This document shows, in pieces, positions 1 through 13,665 of a stretch of 64,000 nt of DNA. Every line of letters starts with the position of its first letter. Positions within the stretch are counted from its first letter, which is position 1. Where the stretch lies: positions 69,564,001 to 69,628,000 of the forward strand of contig OX597817.1 in assembly GCA_951406725.2 (NCBI GenBank), read 5' to 3'. Source of the DNA: Octopus vulgaris (Eukaryota). A program made the position numbers and the translations under genes. The notes under the pieces are model-generated. The model was not told where the DNA came from. It worked only from the letters and a program-made list of their open reading frames with translations, and did not search any database.

Positions 1-626
1 TCATTTTGTGCGTGACTGCAATTGTAAGACGACAAAACAATAATGTCGATATTGCAATGATAGCACATGTTTTAAGCAATTAATAAGTGAAAAATTATCA
101 AAAAACAAGTAAACAACACATATTTTGTAGTTTTGAGGATTCAGTATGCATTAATTGTGAAAAAAAAGAGAAAACAACACATAGAAAAACAAATTGTAAA
201 CAAATTAAATATTTATCAACTCACTCACAGATACATTGACCAAAAGATGTCCCAAGCATGGGTATCTGGAGGCATGGCCAAGATACACATACATAGATAC
301 ACATAGATATATATGCTTGTGAGTACTTGAGTATGTGTATTTGTTCATGTGTACCTTTGTCTATACATCATGTAATAATTGTAAATGAGTATCACCATCA
401 TACAAGTGAAGCTGTTCATTCTGAGTCTTCCATGCAAAACATTTCTTGCTGTGGCAAAATGTTACCTTGCTTGGAAACAGGTGAGGGTTGGCAACAGGAA
501 GGAAGGACTTCTGGCTGCAGTTAATGTGCCTCAACCAAGTTTATTAGACCCATGCAGACACATAGAAAAGTGGACTGTGAATGATGAGGATGAGAATGAT
601 GGTGTTTATATATATATATATGTATA

Positions 627-915
627 TCATCATCATCATCATCGTTTAACGTCCGCTTTCCATGCTAGCATGAGTTGGACGATTTTGACTGAGGGCTGGC
701 GAACCAGATGGCTGCACCAGGCTCCAATCTTGATCTGGCAGAGTTTCTACAGCTGGATGCCCTTCCTAAGGCCAACCACTCTGAGAGTGTAGTGGGTGCT
801 TTTTACATGCCACCGGCATGGGGGCCAGTCAGGCGGTACTGGCAACGACCTCGCTCGAATCTTTTTACACATGCCACCAGCACAGGTGCCAGTAAGGCGA
901 TGTTGATAATGATCA
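627..915 (-). mobile_element. RTE-derived non-autonomous retroposon (family C), (GAT)n tail
   Basis: Reverse complement of GGTTGG..TTAGGAAGGGCATCCAGCTGTAGAAAC...GCATGGAAAGCGGACGTTAAACGATGATG; motif recurs more than 12 times in the window. Confidence 0.8.
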
Positions 916-934
916 CGCACAAATTTATATACCC

Positions 935-982
935 TCATCAGAGGTAGCTAATATGGAATTAAATATTGGCTACCTCTGATGA
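935..982. repeat. Short inverted repeat ending in CTGATGA on both strands
   Basis: TCATCAGAGGTAGCTAATAT-8 nt-ATATTGGCTACCTCTGATGA, one mismatch. Confidence 0.8.
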
Positions 983-1084
983 ATGTAGGGTTATATAACT
1001 GGATATGAATATATGTATATTTATGTATATATGTATGTATGTATGTCTCTTCTATTTTTTAATTATTATAAATCTTCCACTGAG

Positions 1085-1640
1085 GAGGGAGCTGGTTTCC
1101 AACAAAGATACAAGGCTCTGTCTTTGGGATGTAGTTAACACAGACAAATTCACATTTGGAACTTGAGAAACGTCTTGCATATTTTTACTGTTCCACTTAC
1201 AGATTACACATGTAATGTACAAATTAGCCGGTCGATTTTTCTTTATGAAAATCCCAGTTTATCCAGATTCTCCTTTAAGCATGTACTAACAAAATCTAGT
1301 GCTCTAATTATGAATATGAATTCATAGTCTGGATATAGAAGCTGGAGGTTTCAAAACAGTTGTCCATAGATATCCTCTTTTTCTTTGATTTTCAAAGAGA
1401 TATTTATATCTGTGGGGCAGCTGACCTCTATGATGGCACATAGCTTTGCCCCTGTGTCTCCTACAATAATATCTCGCTTGTTATGTTTACATTTAACAGA
1501 AGTTTTGATGGGAATATTCCACCAGTATTCCTTGAGTTGGTATTTATGAATGTATTCCATAAGAGAGGGATTTTCTAAGTTTATTTCAGGACAGTCTTGT
1601 TTTGGATGGCATTGTAAATTGTTTTAGCAACAACATCATG
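1085..1640 (-). mobile_element. 3' fragment of restriction-like-endonuclease (RLE) LINE, decayed
   Basis: ORF 1351-1560 EYWWNIPIKTSVKCKHNKRDIIVGD...CAIIEVSCP...KIKEKEDIY resembles the PD..(D/E)xK RLE domain of R2/R4/NeSL-type non-LTR elements. Confidence 0.75.
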
Positions 1641-1659
1641 CCACATAGGCATGCATGAA

Positions 1660-1747
1660 TGTATGTATGTATGTATGTATGTATGTATGTATGTATGTAT
1701 GTATGTATGTATGTATGTATGTATGTATGTATGTATGTATGTATGTA
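1660..1747. repeat. (ATGT)n microsatellite
   Basis: Perfect tetranucleotide run. Confidence 0.95.
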
Positions 1748-3569
1748 GCCAGGACAAACAAACAGATCATTGATCTGATGGATCTAGGATGATCTAGAGT
1801 TGAAAAATTTAAGAAATACACCAATAGCAAACCACCGCCATCAACAGCACTGTCCCTATCCCCACCTCTAGCACCACTGGCATTATCACCACCACTACCA
1901 ACACCACTGCCACTACCACCGCTGTTTGCACATCAAATCTCTGTGTGGTTCAGTTTGTTTATGGGGGACATAAACAAACATTACCACAACCAAAGCAGTG
2001 TCACTGCCAAGTCATGTGGAAGTAAACACACACACACACACTAGCTCATGCACATAATTGCACTTACACACACATGCACACACACACAAATACACACACA
2101 CACAAACACACTAGGACACACACACACATACACAAACACACACTTGCACACACATGGATGCACATAAATATACACAGACAGACACTAACACATGCCAATA
2201 CATACCCATAAATACACATGCATGGACACCACACACACACACACACACACACATACAACACAACACACACATGCATGTGACAGCTTCTATTTACTTTATG
2301 ACTACCAAAATTTCTCACAAAACATTGCTGCAACAGGTGGCTATATTAATAGACATTTGGTAATAGTACCACACAGAGGACTTGAATCCAAAACGATGTG
2401 GTATAGGAAACAGAATAACACATTCACTGGGTTGAGTGTATAATACATTTTCCTTTATATTCTCCTCATCATCAGCATATCTATGCACTGACAGGGGAGC
2501 TAACTGCTCCACAGTGAGCAAGATCACAGAACTGGTCTAGTTTCACTTAGAATTAAAGCTCGTCCATGGTGACTACTCCATCACTGGATGGTTTGGCTAA
2601 ATCCCAACTGCCAGTATATTGTATTTACCATATAACTCAGTTGGTTTCTTCCAGTTTCTGTCTCTCAGATCCATTCACAAGGCTTTGGTTGGCCCAGTGC
2701 TATCGTAGATAAAACTTACCCAAGGTGCAATGCCACACAGTGGGACTGAACTTGGAACCATGTGGATGAAAAAGAAACTTCTTACCACACATGCATGCCT
2801 GAACCCATTGCATATACGGAGTTTATATATACACACACACATGTATATATGTAGTAAGGACTTAAATATTTGTACACAGACACACACACACACATATATA
2901 TATCTATATGCATGTATGTGTGCATGTGTGCACATGCATGTGTGCACATGCATGTGTGTGTGCATGCATGTGAATGTGTGTGTCTTTATGTTTTTATATT
3001 CTTATAATTCCATGTTATACTCATTATTTGCTATACAAATATTATACAACATTTATGGAAATCTTCTGCTTTTTAACATTTATGTATGAATGCATTTATA
3101 ATGATTCTTTTAATTTTTTCCATTATTTATAACCTATTTTCATTTCTTTATATAGTGATTAAGCTTTTAAGTGGTTTTATATTCATATATTTATTCATTT
3201 GATATATATTCATAATTTAAGCATTTTGCATATGATCTATTTATATATTTATCATTTTTGTACATATATCTATAGGTCATATAATAGTGTACACATACAG
3301 GAATGTGTGTGTGTGTGTGTGTGTGTGTGTATGAATCCATATGCATATATGAATATGAAGACATCAGTTTGTATATGTGCCGATGCATGCTAGGTTGTGT
3401 ATGTATATGATGTATGTATGTGTGTGTGTATATATATATATGCAACACATACACACACATAATGAATGTGTGTGTGTAATTTGCTTTAGCATTGTGAGAC
3501 CAATAGCCCAGTAAAGAACTCAATATATGTATGCTTCAGAACAAAATGTTAGCTGAGTATAGAGCAATA

Positions 3570-3587
3570 TTATAGATAGATAAATAA

Positions 3588-3653
<66 letters not shown>

Positions 3654-3762
3654 GGATAGATAGATAGATGGATGGATGGATGGATGGATGGATGGATGGG
3701 TGGATGGATGGATGGATGGGTGGATTGATGGATGGGTGGATGAATGGATGGATGGATGGATG

Positions 3763-3850
<88 letters not shown>
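3570..3850. repeat. (GATA)n/(GATG)n/(GATA)n compound microsatellite
   Basis: Direct reading. Confidence 0.95.
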
Positions 3851-3851
<1 letters not shown>

Positions 3852-4227
3852 TTAGGTAAACAGAAAGATACATACATACATTCATACATATCTACATACT
3901 CATTCACACACACAGATATGTATCTTTTATATATTTGTTTTGCCATCCTGGAGAATTTTACATGAATGAATCAACTGCATTACTTACAGTTTTTTTAAGT
4001 CAGCTACATATTTTATTGGTTTTTTTCACTGAACAACTAACAAACAGAGATGTACGACTCCAATATACAATGGGTACTTATTTTATCAACCCTGATATAT
4101 GATGAAAGGCAAAGCTAACCCCAGACTTTGGACTCAGAACATAAAGATGGTCAAAATGACACTACGCATTTTGTCAAGCATTCTAACAAATCTGCCAGCT
4201 CACCATCTTAATAATAATAGTAATAAT

Positions 4228-4778
4228 ACTGATGCAGTACCAGGCAGTGGCTCATGTGGATTCTGATCATAACTAATTGGAAGTGTTATCATGTACATTG
4301 TTTTGTCCTGGTATAAAAGATGCGCTACAGCAAATATTCTGCTCAATACCATAGATTTGCTTGTCAGTTGTTTGACCTTAACCAGTTGAGCATGTCTCTT
4401 GGTGGCTGACGATATGTGCATCTCTGATTACAAGCAGAAGCAGTGGGGGAGCATCATAGCCATGTGTTGAGAGGAATTCTCTGAAGTTTGAATAATTCAC
4501 ATCTAGAAACATGGGTGTTTTGTTCATCATCCTTAAAACAAACCTTATTCAGGGACCTCTTGAGAGGGATGGGCTCTTTGACCTGAAGAAGATTCTAATT
4601 GGGCCCCACCTGCAAGGTCATGCATTGTTTATTTTGGTATGAAATCCCCATGTCGTGCACATATGGTTGTGATGCATGTGCCTGGTGTACCCTTATCAGA
4701 TGGGTAGTCATGATGGTTATATTAGGCTTCTTATATTTGTACCCCAGTGTTACTTTGATGGTATGTGCTGCTCTCTCA
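4228..4778. mobile_element. About 550-bp interspersed repeat (family F) flanked by (AAT)n
   Basis: Clearly homologous end to end with 34894-35440; both copies lie between (AAT)n runs. Confidence 0.8.
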
Positions 4779-5016
4779 ATAATAATAATAACAATAATAA
4801 TAATAATAGTAATAATCCTTTCTACAAATGGTGCAAGGTCTGAAATTTTGGGGGAGGGATTAAGACAATTACATCAACCCCAGTACTCAACTGGTACTGA
4901 TTTTACCAACCTCAAAAGGATGAAAGGCAAAATCGACCTCAGTGGAATATAATAAGGAGCACATTGCATAAAGTGCTCAAGTGAAAAACAACTGCTTTGA
5001 TGCATTACACACACAC

Positions 5017-5052
<36 letters not shown>

Positions 5053-5439
5053 GCGCACACACACATAGTAGATGTGCTACCATAGTAGTCACACTACCTG
5101 CAGTCTCCATTTACCTGACCTGATTTACTCACTTGAATTTGGTCAACTCAGACATAAAGTAGATGCCTTGTAGTAGGATTGAACCTGGAAACTCACTAGA
5201 ATCATTCAGAACAATTTTCCATTTTTCATAAGTATTTTCTGTAAACACTCCCTCAATTCATTCATCTGTGTTTGCATGTGTGTGTATATGTGTGTAAGTG
5301 TCTGCATGTGGGTACATATATGTGCTTGCTCGAATATGATGTGAGCAAGAAAAATTCTCTGTGATATAACATAGGTTTCCTTTCCTGTTAGCCATATGCC
5401 TTTTACTACACTGACACTTCCCAATACGTGTGTGTGTGT

Positions 5440-5661
5440 ATGTAGGTGTATGTGTGTGTATGTATTTGTGTGTATATATTTATATGTATATATGAGCGTA
5501 TATATGTGTGAATATATATATGTATATGTAAATATATGAGTGTATATATGTGTGAATATATATATATGTATATGTAAATATATGAGTGTGTATATGTGTG
5601 TGTACATATATGTATAGAAAATATATATATATACAATGTATACATATATATATATATATAT

Positions 5662-5701
<40 letters not shown>

Positions 5702-5760
5702 ATATATATAAATATATGCATGTAGATATATATATATATGTATATGTCTATCTATCTATC

Positions 5761-5798
<38 letters not shown>

Positions 5799-5860
5799 CA
5801 CATACATACATACATACATACATAGACACACACATACACACACATGTGCACAGATGCACA
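5440..5860. repeat. Degenerate (TA)n/(TG)n/(CATA)n microsatellite field
   Basis: Direct reading; source of the YIYI-type ORFs. Confidence 0.9.
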
Positions 5861-6234
5861 CGTACATATAAAACGAAATAATATTCTTCTGTCTTTTATG
5901 GAAAGTGCCTGAAGCAAAATGGTCCCTGCTTGTATCACACAACATAACGATGAAATCTTTGATGGTGAAACAAACAACACGTTAAGGGTTATAGGTAAAA
6001 AATAAATACTCGTGAATGTACAAGCGTAAACATATGATGTAGCATTAATGTTCTTGGCATCTTCAATGGTGTATGAGTATATATGTGCATTGTATGTATA
6101 TATATGCATGCATGTGTATGTTTGCACATGTGTGTGTGTATATAGATAGATAGATATACATATATAAATATATGTATATATAGATGTAAGCCTGTATGTG
6201 TATAAGTAAATATAGATGTATATATATGTGTGTG

Positions 6235-6266
<32 letters not shown>

Positions 6267-6270
6267 GATG

Positions 6271-6326
<56 letters not shown>

Positions 6327-6421
6327 CAGATATATATATGTATGTATGTATACATGCTTGTACGAATGTATATCAGTCTATCTATCTATCTATCTATCTA
6401 TCCATCTCCCTCTATATATAA

Positions 6422-6900
6422 TCATGAACATCGTTTAACGTCCGCTTTCCATGCTGGCATGGGTTGGACGGTTTGACTGGGGACTGGTGAGCCAGATGGC
6501 TGCACCTGGCTCCAATCTGATCTGGCAGAGTTTCTACAGCTGGATGCCCTTCCTAGTGCCAACCACTCCGAGAACGTAGTGGGTGCTTTTATGTGCCACC
6601 GGCACAAGGACCAGTTGAGTGGTACTGGCAATGGCCATGCTCAAATGGTGTTTTTACGTGTCATCTGCACAGGAGCCAGTCCAACGGCACTGGCAACACA
6701 CTCACTCGAATGTTGTTTTCACGTACCACCAACACAAGTGCCAGTAAGGCAATGCTGGTAATGATCATGCTCGCATAGTGCTTTTTAAGTGCTACCGACA
6801 CGAGGGACAGTCAGCAGCCCTGGCAACGATCATGCTCGGATGATGCTCTTAGCGCTCCTCTAGCACGGATGCCAGTCATGCGGTGCTGTCATCGAATTTG
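6422..6900 (-). mobile_element. Family C retroposon with internal ~57-bp tandem subrepeats
   Basis: CGTTTAACGTCCGCTTTCCATGCTGGCATGGGTTGGACGG... followed by repeated GTGCTTTT..GTGCCACC.GCAC units. Confidence 0.8.
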
Positions 6901-7627
6901 GTATGTGTGTGTGTGTATGTCATGCGACTTTAAATCGTATCCACTGCAGAGCCCTTCTATGGGGGTTCTAAGGTTTTGGGAGGTGTAAAACGCACTTCTA
7001 AGCCAATATTATTCCCATTTCTACTCTCACTCTGAGTAGTAACACTTGTTAGGTTCCCAGCTATGATTTGACTACCACATGAACTACTGAAAGTGAAGGA
7101 ACCTTAATATATTTTAGAATTTCTTCTAAAGAGGAGGTAAACTCATATTAAAAAACCTAAAATACAGTTTCAACCTCTGTTGTGCTACCAGTATTACAGC
7201 TGATTGGACTGACAACAAATTTATGCCAGGAATTTGTTGGATTTTTGAGACATCTGCATGGACTTACTGAGTTTAGGAAGTGAAATATATTTGACAGGCT
7301 TCTTTCAGTTTCCATCAACCAAATGTACTCATAAGGATTTTGTTGGTTCAGGTCTATAGTAGAAGATTGCTGCCCAAATTGACACACTGAGGTTTCTTGA
7401 TCACACGGCCATGCCAGTGGTTATCACCACCAGTGGCATATGGTGGTTGTTGTGTTGGGTGTGCTGCCACCCTCAGAGCTACTAAATTTCAAGCAGGGAT
7501 ACGACAAAAGTTTTCCATTAAGATTTGTGATTAAATTAATGAGCAAGGTTTATATTTATAATGAATTTGCCATTTATGATGGGTGTGCAGAACACACCTA
7601 GTACACCAAGAGCATACACTCCTGATA

Positions 7628-7748
7628 GCCACCAGCATAGCTAGAAGTGGGTGGAGTGAACACCACTTTTGGGTCTGCTGTGAGTAATATGCTGTGAGGC
7701 AAGCTGAAGGGCCACCCTGACAGCACACACTCTAGCTATGCTAGTGGC
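7628..7748. mobile_element. Small MITE with ~19-bp terminal inverted repeats
   Basis: GCCACCAGCATAGCTAGAAG ... CTCTAGCTATGCTAGTGGC, flanked by TA. Confidence 0.6.
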
Positions 7749-8122
7749 TATAGCTATACCTGTGTCTTAACATTTAAATAAACACAGTGGATTATATAGT
7801 TAGCTTGAATGCAATCTATTTGCAGTTAAATAAACTGGAAGGGTTTAATGTGTTTTGTCTACAAACACAGTGTAACGATGTTGTTGTTCTTTTTGTTGTT
7901 CTTGGTTAGTTCCTGGCAAGCTCTGAATAAACAGACTTATAATCAAAGCCATTCTACCCACCCTGGTCATTCAATCTTTTATTTTAGGCAACATAGCAAG
8001 GACTATGTAATCTAATGTATTTCCATTTTCTTTTCCTTTTGTCTCTCTATCTGTTTATACAACATGAATGATTTGTAGGAGATTTGGCAGCTATTTCTAG
8101 CTGGTCAAGCAATCATATAGAT

Positions 8123-8758
8123 CAGGTGTTTTCAACCATTTTTTTATCTATAGACTCCTTTGATTATTATTTTATTCTGGTGGACAATCATAGCCATCCA
8201 ATGTTTACAAACCAGTTTTATAGAAACTACTTTCAAAACTCCTATTTTGTTTTTCCCACATTAACTCATACAGGTTGAACTATGTAAAATCTGTGTGGAG
8301 GCACATGGCCTAGTGGCTAGAGCAGTGAACTCGCAGTTGAGGGATCATGAGTTCGAATATCAGACCAGGCGATGTGTGTATTTATGAGTGAAACACCTAA
8401 GCTCCATGTGGCTCTGGCAGAAGATAATGGTGAACTTGTGCTGACTCTTTTGCCACAACTTTCTCTCACTCTTTCCTCCTGCATCTTGTAGCTCACCTGT
8501 GATGGACCAGCGTCCCGTTCAGGTGGGGAACCTATACACCAAGGAGACTGGGAAACTGGCCCTTATGAGCCAAGTATGACTCGAGAAGGAACAAACAACA
8601 TGTAAAATCTGTTTCTTGCAATACATACCAATACATATCTCTAACATAAAATTGTTTCAGGAGCCCCTAAATGCTATTGGATCCCCAATTTACTGTTCTG
8701 TTACAAAAATCTTATATGGGCCCTCAAGGGCCATATGGATCCTGGTCAAGAACCACTG
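8123..8758. mobile_element. hAT-type MITE interrupted by a SINE
   Basis: Termini CAGGTGTTTTCAACC ... GGTCAAGAACCACTG resemble CAGTGGTTCTCAACC hAT/Charlie TIRs. Confidence 0.6.
8295..8599 (+). mobile_element. tRNA-derived SINE (family D) with 13-bp target-site duplication
   Basis: A-box TGGCCTAGTGG, B-box GAGTTCGAATATC; TSD ATGTAAAATCTGT at 8282-8294 and 8600-8612. Confidence 0.85.
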
Positions 8759-8804
8759 AATGGTCCCCCACATTGGCTTCAGTGCAACACTTATTATTAT
8801 TTTA

Positions 8805-9168
8805 ATGGTTTCAGTCATTTGACTTTGACCATGTTGGAGCACTGCCTTAAAGGGTTTTTAGTCAAAGAAACCAAACCCAGGACTTATTGCTTGCAAGCCT
8901 AGTATTTACTTTATCAGTCTCTTTTGCTGAACTACTAAGTTACAGGGATGTAAATACACCAACATCTGTTGTGAAGTGATGGTAGTGGTGGGGCAAAAAC
9001 ACACACACACACACACACACATATATATGACGGACTTCTTTCAGTTTCTGTCTACTAAATCCACTCACAAGGCTTTGGTTGGCTCGAGGCTATAGTAAAA
9101 AACACTAGCCCAAGGTGCCATGCAGTGGGTCTGAACCTGGAACCATATGGTTGGGAAGCAAGCTTCTT
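8805..9168 (-). mobile_element. tRNA-derived SINE (family A) with internal (CA)n
   Basis: Matches the well-preserved copy at 38235-38630. Confidence 0.85.
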
Positions 9169-9580
9169 TCTTCACACTGATTAAATTTATAGAGTCAACT
9201 CTAATTATTGGCACAAGGCCAGCAATTTCTATCACATCGATCCCCAGTGCTCAACTGGGACTTACTTTATTGACACTAAAAGGATGAAAGGCTACGTCAA
9301 CCTCGGTGGAATTTGAACTCAGAACATAAAGACAGATGATATGCCACAAAGCATTTTGCTTGGCAAGCTAATGATTCTGCCAGCTTGACACCTTATATTC
9401 GAGACTAATTATTTGTATATCGTATATGTATGCCCTAGCTATAGCTTTAGCAAAGATATGGCTGTGTAGTTGTTAAGCTTGCTTTGCAACAACAGATTTC
9501 CAGGCTCAATACCACTGTGCCGGAACCTTATTAAGTTGTCTTCTCTTATTGTTGACTAATAGCAGAAATTGTGTAGAATT

Positions 9581-10000
9581 AAGGCAGCGAGCTGGCAGAA
9601 ACATTAACACACTGGACGAAATGCTTAGCGGTATTTCATCTGTCCTTACTTTCTGAGTTCAAATTCCGCCGAGGTTGACTTTGCCTTTCATCCTTTCGAG
9701 GTCAATAAATTAAGTACCAGTTACGCACTGGGGTCGATGTAATCGACTTAATACCTATGTCTGTCCTTGTTTGTCCCCTCTGTGTTTAGCCCCTTGTGGC
9801 TAATAAAGAAATAGGTATTTCCTCTGTCCTTACATTCTGAGTTCAAATTCCGCCGAGGTTGACTTTGCTTTTCATCCTTTCGAGGTCGACAAATTAAGTA
9901 TCAGTTATGCACTGGGGTCAATGTAATCAACTTAACCCCTTTGTCTGTCCTTGTTTGTCCCCTCCATGTTTAGCCCCTTGTGAGCAATAAAGAAATAAGA
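9581..10000 (+). mobile_element. tRNA-derived SINE (family B, Nin/Deu-like core), internally duplicated
   Basis: AAGGCAGCGAGCTGGCAGAA head, B-box GAGTTCAAATTCC, core GCCTTTCATCCTTTCGAGGTC..AAATTAAGTACCAG present twice. Confidence 0.85.
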
Positions 10001-10219
10001 AAGTGTGTAGAATTCTATTTTCTGTATAACTAATAAATTCATTTGTCCTATTGTGCTTCAAAATTCAATACTGAAAAAAAAAAGCACTTTTTCTTCTTTT
10101 ATGAGTTTTTTTAAAGAGATTTAGCTGCTATTTCTAACTGCTTGTGCAACACCATAAGGGCTTCTTTGTTGGCTCAAGTTGTAACTCAGTTAAAAAAAGA
10201 TATGAACCATTATCTTTTA

Positions 10220-10580
10220 TCTTTTAGTTGTTTCAGTCATTAGACTGTGGCCATGCTGGAGAACTACCTTGAAGAATTTTTAGTCGAATGAATTTACCCC
10301 TGTACTTATTTTTTTTAAAACCTAGTACTTATTCTATTGGTCTCCTTTGCTGAAGCGCTTTGATATGGGAGACATAAACATACCAACACTGGTTGTCAAG
10401 TGGTGGTTGGGGACAAACACACACACACACTCACACTTCTTTTACTTTCTGTCTACCAAATCCATTCACAAGGTTTTGGTTGGCCCAAGGCTATAGTAGA
10501 AGACACTTGCTCAAGTTGCCATGCAGTGGAACTGAACCTGGAACCATGAGATTGGAAAGCAACCACACAGCTATGCCTTG
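10220..10580 (-). mobile_element. SINE family A
   Basis: Homology to 38235-38630. Confidence 0.85.
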
Positions 10581-10689
10581 TTCATATATTTGTTCTGCTA
10601 CCAAACAAACACACACTACTCACATCATATGCTGCCCATTGTGTCTCTTGTGTGCTGTTTACATTGCGTGACTTAACTCATACAATAAG

Positions 10690-11095
10690 GAATCGGTTGA
10701 AAATATTTTCACACATTTACCAATTATCATTAAATAAAACTTTCATTCAGACTTTCTTCATTTTTGTTACTTTCAATATATTTGTGTGTATGTGTGTGTA
10801 CATGTGTTTGTGTGTTCGAAATTTTTGTCTGTTTTATTTTGTTTCCTTCATTCCTTATTTTAAGGATAATAATTGCATTCAACTTTAAATTAAAGGAAGT
10901 CTATAAGGACATTTTTGATTTATTTTTTTAATTTTTGTCTCAGAATAAAATTTAGATAATAACTATTTATATTTTGGTTTCTATTCAGGCAATTTTTTTT
11001 CTAGAGTTCTTTCTTTTGGTTAATGAAAAATCTAACTAAAACAGACACAAGATAAATAAATATACCAGTAAAAGGATTCTGAAGGGTTTTTTTGG

Positions 11096-11152
<57 letters not shown>

Positions 11153-11740
11153 TATTTTAATGTTTTTCTGTTTTTGTTTTTCCTCAAAAAAAGTTTTAAA
11201 ATTTTTTTCCCCTTTCATCTGATTTTCGCTATTGAAACTACTTTTCAAATTCTTAAATTGGATGGAAGAACATTAATAAACAAAAAAGGATACGAAAAAC
11301 ACACATACACAAAAACAGAAAAAAATATAATATATATATTTATACACAAAAATAAAAAAATCATTGCTCTACCATAACCACAGCCAATAAAAAGGTTAAA
11401 TAAATTTAAATAAATCAATCAATAAAAATTTTAAATTTAAAAGAAAGAACATCTTTAGAAAGATAAAGGTAAATGAGATTTAAGAAGATAAAAATCAGAC
11501 TTCTTTGTCAAGGAACTCATTTATTAAATTCTATCTAGTTCGTTATTGAGATTGACATGAACTGATAAAATCTAAATAAACAGGAGATAATCCTTGCCCA
11601 CCACCCACAAAATAAATAAATACCGTAGAAAGAATTAGTAAATCTAAAGAATAAAAAAGAAAGATAAGCAAACAAAACCCCAAAAACAAACAACTCTAAT
11701 CTCGATAAAATGGTGAACATTTCAAGAGTGTTTAGACATG
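10690..11740. repeat. About 1-kb imperfect inverted repeat (fold-back) centred near 11240
   Basis: Nested symmetric matches: TTTTTCTGTTTTTGT (11163) / ACAAAAACAGAAAAA (11309); GTTCTTTCTTTT (~11006) / AAAAGAAAGAAC (~11439); GAAGTCT (~10896) / AGACTTC (~11497). Confidence 0.7.
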
Positions 11741-12738
11741 AATGTTTCAGAACTTTCATCCCACCCATTTCTCGTGAAACAATACGAATGACTAAATGGT
11801 TGACTGATTGAGTAACCTGTTTGAAATAACAGTCAAGTTTCCCTCAAATCACATTTCGCCATCTTGTGGAAATTTAGTAAATGATGTAATAGATGTAATA
11901 GATGTAAGAGTGACTGTGTGACAAGAAGCTTGCTTCCCAACTACATGGTTCCGAGTTCAGTTCCTGTGTGGCTATCTTGTCTTTTGTACCTTGTCTTTTG
12001 TACCTTGTCTTCCAGCTGTGACTAACTTGTCTTTTGTATTTCCAGCATAGTCTTTCTAGAACAACATGAAGAAATCAGTCCTTTAGTTTTTAAAGACTGA
12101 AGGGTATGCTTTTAGGAGAATTTGACTGTTATTCTAACAGGCTGAGTGACCAAAGAGAGAGACACTGCTCATTGATAGGTCAGCCCTGACCAAGCAGATC
12201 AGTGATCAACGACATTCCTCCCATAACCTCCCTACTTTTTTTTCCTGTGTGTAGAAAACACAGGATTACATTATTCAGCATCATATCTGATGTTTGATTT
12301 TAGAGAGTTTTGGCTGTTATGTCTAACAAGTCAAATGACTAGATGTGAAGGTTTTTTTTTTGCTCATATGAAGACCATGTTTTCAAGTAGTGTACCTAGG
12401 CTTAGACAAACTTCTCGTGCCAATGCAAAGTCCCCCCCTCTCTCTCTCTCTAAGTGACATTCATGAGAAGCAGGAGTTGAACTCAGTAAGTCAAGCTAAC
12501 TGAACACTTATTCATTATGCTATACTTGCAGTGAATTGTACTGTCTATTCTTTTATTTTGTTTTTTGCTTCTTTCAATCATTGGACTGCAGCCATGCTGG
12601 GGCACTGCATTGAAGAGTTTTAGTTAATCAAACCAACCTTAGCATCTAATGTATAAGTCTGGTATTTATTCTATTGGTATTTAATGTTGTACTGCAAAAC
12701 CACAAGGTTGTAAACAAACCAATACTAGTTGTTAATAT

Positions 12739-13294
12739 TTTTTTTTTTTTCCTTTTAGCACTCCGTCGGTTACGACGATGAGGGTTCCGGTTGATCCGAT
12801 CAACGGAACAGCCTGCTCGTGAAATTAACTTGAATTTACCCCTGTACTTATTTTTTTTAAAACCTAGTACTTATTCTATTGGTCTCCTTTGCTGAAGCGC
12901 TTTGATATGGGAGACATAAACATACCAACACTGGTTGTCAAGTGGTGGTTGGGGACAAACACACACACACACACTCACATTTCTTTTACTTTCTGTCTAC
13001 CAAATCCATTCACAAGGTTTTGGTTGGCCCAAGGCTATAGTAGAAGACACTTGCTCAAGTTGCCATGCAGTCGGGGATATTCAGCGTGACACAGAGAGTG
13101 ACAAGCCCGGCCCTTTGAAATACAGGTACAACAGAAACAGGAAGTAAGAGTGAGAGAAAGTTGTGATGAAAGAGTACAGCAGGGATCACCACCATTCCTG
13201 CCGGAGCCTCACAACGCCCGGTCTGGGAAGCGAAACCGCGATCCTACGACCACGAGTCCGCTGCCCTAACCACTGGGCCATTGCACCTCCTCTA
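12739..13294 (-). mobile_element. SINE family D with 12-bp TSD, carrying a foreign insert at 12832-13070
   Basis: tRNA-like head at 13210-13290 (reverse complement GGAGGTGCAATGGCCCAGTGGTTAGGGCAGCGGACTC); TSD AGTTGTTAATAT at 12727-12738 and 13295-13306. Confidence 0.85.
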
Positions 13295-13607
13295 AGTTGT
13301 TAATATATATATATATATGTATCTATCTATTAATTCAATGTTGGGGGATTGATCGATATGTGGGTATTCTATTTCAGATAAAACAAAAATAACCTAATGA
13401 GTATATCTGACAATAAACTCATGGTATCAGTTTGTACATCACGAAATAATACTTAAAGGATATAACCAAAAATACCAGCAGGGTATATAATATACTTCCT
13501 TAAATATATCCTACTTTAGTTAATACTTACATTTATTAAATATGAAGGAATTATATGTGTTTCAGCATTGTTAGATTACTATATATATACATATACACAA
13601 CTGTATA

Positions 13608-13665
<58 letters not shown>

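Noticed and set aside
11520-11770. Apparent reverse-complement similarity to 62540-62770
   Set aside because: AT-rich and patchy; both regions are better explained by their own local hairpins
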